From a virus: a stretch of 5,761 nucleotides of DNA. The notes beneath the pieces were generated by a model. That model did not search any database, was not told where the DNA came from, and saw only the letters and a program-made list of their open reading frames with translations. The DNA lies in IMG/VR virus record IMGVR_UViG_3300022758_000104, positions 1 to 5,761 of that record. One strand, written 5' to 3'. Position numbers and translations under genes: made by a program. This document shows positions 1-5,306 of this stretch, piece after piece. Numbering within the stretch: position 1 is the stretch's first letter; each line of letters begins with the position of its first letter.

Positions 1-698
1 CCATTTTCCTGTACTTGTCTTTGTCGTTTCCGTACAGCTTCTTGGTCACATATCCAGCTACGTAGTTATACGTCTCTGGCGTTGCTTGAGCTATGTCAAC
101 TGTCCCTTGTCCCCAGACTTTGACCAGTTTATCACTCGTGTAGTGTCCAAACCTTGACAGTCTGTGAATTGGCTTTAAGTCGTCTGGACGCCACCCGTAA
201 AGTATCATGTGATAGTGCGGCCTTGAGGTGTTGTCTCCATACTCTCCGGCTAGGAAGTATCTTAGAGGTGCTTTGACGGCCTTTCTGAGCCTTTTCATGA
301 ATAACTGGACATCCTCTACGCTTAAAGTTTGCACCGTTCTAGGACGCTCTGATGCGCCTCTCCATACGTTCACGCCTCCTTTGAAGATTTCCCCTGTTTC
401 TGTGTCCTGTGTTGGTACATGGTCGTCATCATAGGTCAGTGTGATGAACCAGATTCTTTTCTTGTTGTGGCCGTATGCTTCCAGCTCCATTCGTGTAGCC
501 CAGTCTTTGCGTTTGCGTAGCTTGCATCCTGTGCATTGTCCGCACGGTATCATCATTACATCTTTGCGATACATCAGGTCTTCATACTTCATTTTGGTCT
601 TATGTATTTCGTTAAAAGAAGCGAGTGAGTATACTCGCCCACTCGCCTCTCTATCATGAGGTACATAAAACCGGATTAACGGTTTGTTACACCCCCAT
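1..698 (-). CDS. VP4: Replication initiation protein (rolling-circle HUH endonuclease, gokushovirus VP4), N-terminal ~232 codons. It continues across the circular junction into 5301-5692.
   Basis: My translation of the minus strand reads MGCNKPLIRFYVPHDREASGRVYSLASFNEIHKTKMKYEDLMYRKDVMMIPCGQCTGCKLRKRKDWATRMELEAYGHNKKRIWFITLTYDDDHVP...RPHYHMILYGW...YNYVAGYVTKK. This contains the gokushovirus Rep N-terminal Cys cluster (PCGQCxGC), the HUH motif (HYHMIL) and the catalytic Tyr motif (YVAGYVTKK). ATG at 698-696 sits 2 nt after the VP2 stop and has the RBS GGAGGT. That ATG is 1 nt out of frame with the Rep body because of a G5 run at 691-695 (plus-strand C5); a run of G4 would restore MGCNKPL. As given, the first in-frame ATG is at 592-590 (MKYEDL...). 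The frame is continuous with ORF 5301..5741 (-). Confidence 0.85.
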
Positions 699-700
699 TT

Positions 701-1582
701 TTACCTCCAATAATTTCCGGTTGTTCCCATACCGATTGTTTGTCTGCGTCCTCTTTCGAGGTTTTCTGCCGCTTCCCTTCTTACTTTGTCTTGGACAGGT
801 AGGGCCGCGAGCTTTTCTTTCAGATTGATTGCTCCTTCTACTGCCGCTCCGGCAATACGCTCCATATCGCCCTTGAGTCTTACCGGGTTTGTTGTGCTTG
901 ACATGATAGCCTGCTGTATGCTCTCTGCCGCGCTTTCAGCGTGATTCCAGGCTTCACTGTGGCTGCTCCAACTGCCGTCCTGTTTGATGCCCGGCAATGC
1001 TGTTGCGCTCAGAGCGCTGCTGGATGCCATGCCCATGCTTGCGCTGCCGATTGTCCCCTGTGCGCCAGCTGGCGTGCTTGCTCCGCCCTGAGTGTATGCA
1101 AGGATAGGATTAATGCCAGCTTTTTTCATGTCTTCTACAGCTCGCTGATAAGCTGTATTGCTCATTTCCTGTTGCCAAGCTCTGTTTTTGGCTGCTTCAG
1201 CTGAATTGAATCTCATTGCGGTTTGCTGTTCGATGTGGTTATACACGCCTTGCTGGATTGCTCCTAGTGTGTTGTAGCCCATCTGCATAAGCATAGAGTT
1301 TTTGTTAAATTTTTGCTGGCTCCCCATGTTGGCTTGGCTTAGTGCGTTTGCAATGCTTGCAATTTCCTTGTTTACACTGTCGTTTGTACCGCCGTTACTG
1401 AAGCTTCCACCGCTGCTTGTGCTGTTCATCCAGCTGCTCCCGCTGCTCGAACTGTTGGCCTGCCCTGCTTGTCCGTAGCTTGAGCTTGTGCCAAACAGCT
1501 TGTTTGCTGCAACTCCTGCGATGCTAGGTATTGCGTTTAGTGCTAGTGATTTTAAGAATGGTACTAATGCCGCTAATGCCAT
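701..1582 (-). CDS. VP2: Minor capsid / DNA pilot protein VP2 (293 aa).
   Basis: Contains the motif ...[42 protein letters not shown], characteristic of gokushovirus VP2 pilot proteins. The N-terminal part is low-complexity and Ser/Gly-rich. TAA stop at 703-701 is followed 2 nt later by the VP4 ATG. ATG at 1582 follows the VP1/VP2 intergenic hairpin. Confidence 0.85.
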   Translation of the reverse strand: MALAALVPFLKSLALNAIPSIAGVAANKLFGTSSSYGQAGQANSSSSGSSWMNSTSSGGSFSNGGTNDSVNKEIASIANALSQANMGSQQKFNKNSMLMQMGYNTLGAIQQGVYNHIEQQTAMRFNSAEAAKNRAWQQEMSNTAYQRAVEDMKKAGINPILAYTQGGASTPAGAQGTIGSASMGMASSSALSATALPGIKQDGSWSSHSEAWNHAESAAESIQQAIMSSTTNPVRLKGDMERIAGAAVEGAINLKEKLAALPVQDKVRREAAENLERGRRQTIGMGTTGNYWR

Positions 1583-1612
1583 AATAAAATAACCCGGGGT
1601 TTTGCCCCGGGC
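1581..1612 (-). terminator. Intrinsic terminator or attenuator hairpin between VP1 and VP2. The minus-strand stem is CCCGGGG/CCCCGGG with loop caaaa, followed by UUAUUUUAUU.
   Basis: Minus strand reads ...TAAgaaagggggaagCCCGGGGcaaaaCCCCGGGttattttattATG. It has a 7-8 bp all-GC stem and a U-rich tail running directly into the VP2 start codon. Confidence 0.6.
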
Positions 1613-1623
1613 TTCCCCCTTTC

Positions 1624-3289
1624 TTAGTGATGGTCTACGAGACCCGGAATGCTATACATGGGCATAGGTCTCACAGATGTATTGTCGATGATGGTGTCCA
1701 TGATAAACTGAGGCTCGTTGTCCACGGCCAGAGTCCTCTGGATCTCGGAGTCTCCTCCTTCATCCACGTCTGACTCAGGCTTGGAGTCTCTTTATAGTTG
1801 TCTCCGTAGTGCCAGCTGTCCAATGTTCCCTTTGCATTCGAACGGAATTTGCCGCTGATACGGTTAGGCTTCATTCGGTACTCCGCCCCATGGCCTCTTG
1901 ATAACCAAAGGCTTGTTCGTCAGTGCTCGTACCAGTGAGATACAGCTCCTTTTTCAGAATGGCCTGCTCGCCCAGGTTTGCAAACACGGGATAGTAAAAA
2001 TCCAGATTTGTTTTGCGGCTCCACATGCGTTCCAGGCCCTGCTGGTAGGTATGGTCATGCCGGATGCAGCACACACCGATAACATAGCCGTGTTCCTCGA
2101 AACTCTTGGTGAACATACTGCCGTTGTATGGCGTAACGCTCACTGCTGCTGTGTTGCCCTGCGGACTCTCTGCAGTCGTGCCGCTGGTCTGGATGACCTG
2201 ACTCATGTTGATAGTGATGCGCGTGCCGCCCAGATACTCCGGGATTTGTATCGTTTTATCGCTGATTTTCGTGTGAAACAGCGAGTAAATCATCTCGCGG
2301 TAACGACTGCCGCCTCTGGCCAGTTGTTCGTAATATTTTTGAACTTGGAATGCCTGTCGCAGCTGGTTGATGGTCGTTGCCGTAGCGTCTTTCAGATTTG
2401 CACCGAGAAAGTGCATGTTATCTCCTGATGCCATGCTTATGGATCTTCCGTTGTACATGCTATCATATTGGTACGACATTGGCCCCGGCCAGGTGTAGTT
2501 TCCTTCTAACTTTGCCAGTTTTGTTAATTCTCTGTCTTCGTATACTGAGATGTCCGCTGCTTCGCTCATTGGGATTTTCACAGGTTCTCCCGCTTTCTGA
2601 GGGGAAGGCAAAGCCGATGTAAAGTAGTCGTGGTACTTATTTACCGGTAGCGGTCTGCCGCCTGTGTATGCGTTCTGGAGAATATATTCAAGGTCAGGCT
2701 TCGTTGCGTCCATGCCCTTGGTTTCATCATCAGTATAGTTTACGGTTGCATCTTCTTTGCTGTTGACGGCTGGATTGTCCACGTTCTGGTCTCGGAACCA
2801 CTCCTGCCAGATCATGGCGTAGGCTCTAAACGGCAGTGCGTTAACGCTGAATGCGCTGTCGGCTCCTTTGCTCACTTTGGTAGGAATGCCCATGTAGTCC
2901 ATGATGCTTCCCTCGTACGGCGCCGGTTTGTCAGCTGTGCTGGTTACTTTGACCTGCGGAATGGTGTACTCCTGAGTCTGTGCCCACGGCCCGGTGTCGT
3001 TCTCGCCCATAAACCGCTTGAAGTGGTCCCAGATGATACGGCACGGTACGTTGAAGTAGTAAATATCCATGTGGCAGTTGTCCATAACTGGGAAGATAGG
3101 CGTTGTCATACGGATAATTGCGGCCTGGTCGATGCTGAAGGTGTCACCCGGGAGCACTTCATCCACGTAAAACGGAATGAGCTGTCCCGCGTTCATTGTT
3201 AGCTTGACATCCTGTCGACGTTTGAAGCGACTTCGCGTAATGTCCAGGCGCGGGACCTGGTTGAACCCTGCGTCTTTGTTTCTGTTCAT
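1624..3289 (-). CDS. VP1: Major capsid protein VP1 (F-like jelly-roll capsid with a gokushovirus-type insertion loop), ~548 aa if two frame breaks are repaired. As given it is split into three frames: 1871..3289, 1671..1874 and ~1624..1750.
   Basis: N-terminus [51 protein letters not shown] and ...[20 protein letters not shown] are hallmark Microviridae VP1 motifs. A long variable segment follows, corresponding to the threefold insertion loop. The C-terminal continuation [31 protein letters not shown]... is in a second frame (ORF 1671..1874). The final ...[40 protein letters not shown] is in a third frame ending at TAA 1626-1624. ATG at 3289 overlaps the VP3 stop (ATGA), and RBS AGGAGG lies 10 nt upstream. 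Confidence 0.9.
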
Positions 3290-3765
3290 TCAGCGGCTTC
3301 CTCCTTTTTAGGCTCTTCAGGCTGTTTCTCCTGATAGATTCCCAGATTCTTTGCCCAGTCGATAGTTCCGAAGCTTGCCACGAATTTATCGACGTCGTTG
3401 TCAAATTTGAGCTTGATTTCCTTCGGGATTTCATCCCAGATTTGCTCGGCCCGCAGCATGATGTTCTGAAGCTCCATCAGATTCTCCGGCATCTGGGTTG
3501 CGTCCTGAAGCCCGCCACCCATGTCTGGCACCAGTCTGGCTGCAAGGTCTGGGTCGATGGATGCTCGTCGGATGATGTTTTCTAGCTTGGTCTCTTCCAG
3601 ATAGCTGTCGATTTCTGCTTGCTGGTCTATGGTCTGGTCGAGCGTTAGTACCTTTTCGCCCTTCTTGTTGAGCTCCCAAAGATACGTCCGTCTGATAGTC
3701 TCTCCGGCCTCGGTAGCTTTTGCCGTTGCGGTTTCCCTGAAGTTACTTACTGAGCGATACGCCAT
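3286..3765 (-). CDS. VP3: Internal scaffolding protein VP3 (159 aa from ATG 3765; the ORF track's TTG at 3813 is less likely).
   Basis: ATG at 3765-3763 is preceded by AAGGAGA and a 9-nt spacer. The protein MAYRSVSNFRE...NLMELQNIMLRAEQIWDEIPKEIKLKFDNDVDKFVASF...[10 protein letters not shown] is acidic and helical, the size and character of gokushovirus VP3 scaffolds. Its stop overlaps the VP1 start. Confidence 0.75.
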   Translation of the reverse strand: MAYRSVSNFRETATAKATEAGETIRRTYLWELNKKGEKVLTLDQTIDQQAEIDSYLEETKLENIIRRASIDPDLAARLVPDMGGGLQDATQMPENLMELQNIMLRAEQIWDEIPKEIKLKFDNDVDKFVASFGTIDWAKNLGIYQEKQPEEPKKEEAAE

Positions 3766-3979
3766 CGAAGATGTTCTCCTTTTCGTTCTCGAACAGGCCC
3801 GTTTTCTCGTCAAATTTTGCCAGACGTACTAATCGATAGTCGCTGGTCGTTTTGCTCATGATGTTGGCCGGGTCAGTTAATGCGATTTTGAAATTGCGTT
3901 CGGCTACCCTGTCCTCGCGCTCGGTAAAGATGGTGATGTAACCCATCACGCATTTGTCGAAGATTCCGTATACGTTCAT
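3743..3979 (-). CDS. Hypothetical protein, 78 aa.
   Basis: ATG at 3979 is preceded by a strong RBS (AAGGAGAcaaccatATG). The 3' end overlaps the VP3 start by 23 nt. No motif I can recognise. Confidence 0.55.
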   Translation of the reverse strand: MNVYGIFDKCVMGYITIFTEREDRVAERNFKIALTDPANIMSKTTSDYRLVRLAKFDEKTGLFENEKENIFDGVSLSK

Positions 3980-3991
3980 ATGGTTGTCTCC

Positions 3992-4090
3992 TTACTTGAA
4001 CCATTCTTTGATGATGTCGATTGCGATTATAACCAACACAAACGCGCTTGCCAGAGCTGCCGTTGTGATTCCTGCGAATAGTACACTCAC
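3992..4090 (-). CDS. Candidate small hydrophobic transmembrane peptide, 32 aa, with a GTG start overlapping the J-like stop (GTGA).
   Basis: My translation is MSVLFAGITTAALASAFVLVIIAIDIIKEWFK: one uninterrupted hydrophobic helix with a charged C-terminus. GAGGGGG lies 9 nt upstream of the GTG. Its TAA stop is embedded in the RBS of the next gene. It is absent from the ORF track because it is short and starts at GTG. Confidence 0.35.
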   Translation of the reverse strand: MSVLFAGITTAALASAFVLVIIAIDIIKEWFK

Positions 4091-4206
4091 AGTCTGATGC
4101 CCCCTCTCATCGCTCCGCTTCCCAGGTTAATGGCCTTGGTTTTGCGTGCTGTCTTGTTGAAGATTTTTGCGTCTTTCGACTTGCGTACTTTACTCCTCTT
4201 TGCCAT
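4087..4206 (-). CDS. Small basic DNA-binding/packaging protein (J-like; gokushovirus VP8/ORF8 analogue), 39 aa.
   Basis: My translation from ATG 4206 is MAKRSKVRKSKDAKIFNKTARKTKAINLGSGAMRGGIRL*. It is very Lys/Arg-rich, and its C-terminal RGGxRL resembles the RGGxRF/L ending of gokushovirus and SpV4 protein 8. A weak RBS (GAAGGGA) lies upstream. It overlaps the end of the 75-aa ORF by 17 nt. It falls below the ORF track length cutoff. Confidence 0.65.
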   Translation of the reverse strand: MAKRSKVRKSKDAKIFNKTARKTKAINLGSGAMRGGIRL

Positions 4207-4417
4207 GGTTGATGTCCCTTCTGAGGATTTCTACCTCAATGTCGTTTGCTGCCGCCTTCTTGCGAAACGCGAGGTCAATGTAATATTTGGCGTCTTCGAT
4301 TGTTGCGGCCTGTCGTACCAGTTTGTACGCGGCATCTATTGTCTTGTAGGTTTTCATCAATTCCTGCATAAGGTTCTCGTCGGTCTGGTCTCTTGCATTC
4401 CATGTTTTCTTCTCCAT
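4190..4417 (-). CDS. Hypothetical protein, 75 aa; by position a candidate VP5-like protein.
   Basis: ATG at 4417 is preceded by GGAGA and a 6-nt spacer. The protein is charged and helical (MEKKTWNARDQTDENLMQELMKTYKTIDAAYKLVRQAATIEDAKYY...). It lies immediately upstream of the J-like gene, where VP5 sits in classical gokushoviruses; this is inferred from position only. Confidence 0.5.
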   Translation of the reverse strand: MEKKTWNARDQTDENLMQELMKTYKTIDAAYKLVRQAATIEDAKYYIDLAFRKKAAANDIEVEILRRDINHGKEE

Positions 4418-4603
4418 GTTAAGTCTCCGTTTCGTTTTCTGTTACTGTGTGGTAGATTTTGTCCAGCATCGCAAGGATTTTTTCGATTTTGTCAAACAGC
4501 GTTTTGATTTCTTGGAGAGTCAGAGCGGTTCACCTCTTTCGTAAAGTTATTTTGTAAAAATGGAATTTGTCAGAGGAACTTCTTTGCTGCTTAACTGTTT
4601 TTG

Positions 4604-4810
4604 TTATATCAAAAAAAAGAGAGATTGGCAATCCCTCTTTTCCGGTTTTTTATTTCGTTCGTCGAGTTCCTTTTTGACTTCTTCGTATACGTATCTGCAA
4701 CGGTGTTCTTTGACTTTGCATGGGCAGCTCTCACAATCCCCTTTACAATATTCGTATCTGTACTTCATGTAGAGTAACTGTTTGTTACTTGCAAACCGTA
4801 TACTAGTCAT
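4604..4810 (-). CDS. Hypothetical Cys-rich small protein, 68 aa; possible zinc-binding fold.
   Basis: Excellent RBS (AAAGGAGAacaaatATG). The motif YCKGDCESCPCKVKEHRC (C-x3-C-x2-C-x-C...H-x-C) suggests metal binding. The C-terminal codons run through a terminator hairpin and a T8 run, so the exact 3' end is uncertain. Confidence 0.5.
   Translation of the reverse strand: MTSIRFASNKQLLYMKYRYEYCKGDCESCPCKVKEHRCRYVYEEVKKELDERNKKPEKRDCQSLFFLI
4611..4639 (-). terminator. Intrinsic terminator: a 9-bp stem (AAGAGGGAU/AUCUCUCUU with one G-U pair) and 5-nt loop, followed by U8.
   Basis: Minus strand reads ccggaAAGAGGGATtgccaATCTCTCTTtttttt. It lies at the 3' end of the 68-aa ORF. The plus strand carries the same hairpin followed by cttttccggtttttt, so it may act in both directions. 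Confidence 0.55.
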
Positions 4811-4874
4811 ATTTGTTCTCCTTTACTGTGAAGTAGCTTGCTATGCGCTGAACTTGGTACAGCTCTGTGATTTT

Positions 4875-4903
4875 ATTGTACCGTATTTTTAGAAGAAAGT
4901 CGA
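4875..4903 (-). promoter_or_regulatory. Candidate sigma70-type promoter for the small-gene/structural operon: -35 TCGACT, 17-bp spacer, -10 TACAAT.
   Basis: Minus strand reads ...TCGACTttcttctaaaaatacggTACAATaaaatcacag..., about 65 nt upstream of the 68-aa gene ATG. This is hexamer matching only, and the host is unknown. Confidence 0.25.
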
Positions 4904-4942
4904 GATTTTTTGAAAAAAAGTTAGAAGAATTTTGCATTGAAG

Positions 4943-5009
4943 GTCATGCGCTAGGCGCGGTGCGCCGTACGAAGAGCATGACGTAACTTTCCGGTCAGCT
5001 GCCGAGCTG
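4943..5009. promoter_or_regulatory. GC-rich cluster of nested palindromes in an AT-rich intergenic region. GTCATGC/GCATGAC (4943-4949 and 4976-4982) enclose the tight hairpin GGCGCggtGCGCC (4954-4966). CAGCTgccgAGCTG follows at 4996-5009.
   Basis: Inverted repeats read directly from the sequence. Candidate origin, cruciform or protein-binding site. Confidence 0.4.
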
Positions 5010-5023
5010 CCTCTGATTGAGTT

Positions 5024-5306
5024 TTCAACACTTTTAACACTTTCAACAGGTTTTCCACAAAAAGTTGCACAAATGGTTTTGTGCATATTGCTATACTTTC
5101 AACAATTCAACAAGTTTTCAACAAAATTTTCAACATCAAAATGATTCATAAAATATCGTTCCATGGATAAAAATTTATAGTATTCAACATTTCAACACTC
5201 CCTACTACTGCTACTACAACAAGTAAATAATAAAATAATAAAAATCGTGCGTGCATGTGCGCGATTACGTGCGCGTGCGCGAACGATTCAACAAAATAAA
5301 TCAACA
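5024..5306. repeat. Iteron-like array: at least 9 exact copies of TTCAACA plus about 4 one-mismatch variants. On the viral strand the motif reads TGTTGAA(A).
   Basis: Exact copies on the plus strand at 5024, 5042, 5098, 5106, 5117, 5129, 5183, 5191 and 5287. Variants: tttaaca at 5033, ttccaca at 5053, tacaaca at ~5214, atcaaca at 5300. Several are adjacent pairs. A given 7-mer is expected about 0.02 times in 280 bp. Confidence 0.7.
5244..5283. other. GC-rich alternating purine/pyrimidine tract (cgtgcgtgcatgtgcgcgattacgtgcgcgtgcgcg) inside the iteron region, flanked by A/T runs.
   Basis: Read directly from the sequence. It has Z-DNA-like CG/TG alternation and an imperfect direct repeat of CGTGCG(C/T)G units. 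It is a sharp compositional island within AT-rich DNA. Confidence 0.4.

Noticed and set aside
1671-1874. 67-aa ORF 1671..1874 (-) as an independent gene.
   Set aside because: It is the frame-shifted continuation of VP1, carrying the conserved [12 protein letters not shown] block. Its ATG overlaps the VP1 TGA only because of the frame break, so it is not a separate gene.
3159-3679. Alternate-frame minus-strand ORFs of 91 aa (3159..3434) and 82 aa (3431..3679), nested in VP3/VP1 on the coding strand.
   Set aside because: Microviridae do use overprinted genes, such as phiX E, K and B. These translations are Arg/His/Pro/Ser-rich low-complexity strings with no RBS, as expected for off-frame reading of a coding region. 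There is no support beyond being open.
3766-3813. Longer VP3 version starting at TTG 3813 (175 aa, as in the ORF track).
   Set aside because: The ATG at 3765 has a strong AAGGAGA RBS at ideal spacing. The extra N-terminal MTRKRACSRTKRRTSS comes from a TTG with no RBS and overlaps the 78-aa gene, so the shorter 159-aa product is more plausible.
4889-5086. Minus-strand 65-aa ORF inside the noncoding region.
   Set aside because: No RBS upstream of its ATG. It spans the GC-rich palindrome cluster and part of the heptamer array, and the translation is not protein-like. Most likely a chance ORF in a regulatory region.
5051-5170. DnaA-box-like nonamers: TTTTCCACA at 5051-5059, and TTATCCATG on the minus strand around 5161-5170.
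   Set aside because: These are single near-consensus matches in very AT-rich DNA, and such matches are expected by chance. They are mentioned only as a possible link to the heptamer array and are not called as features.
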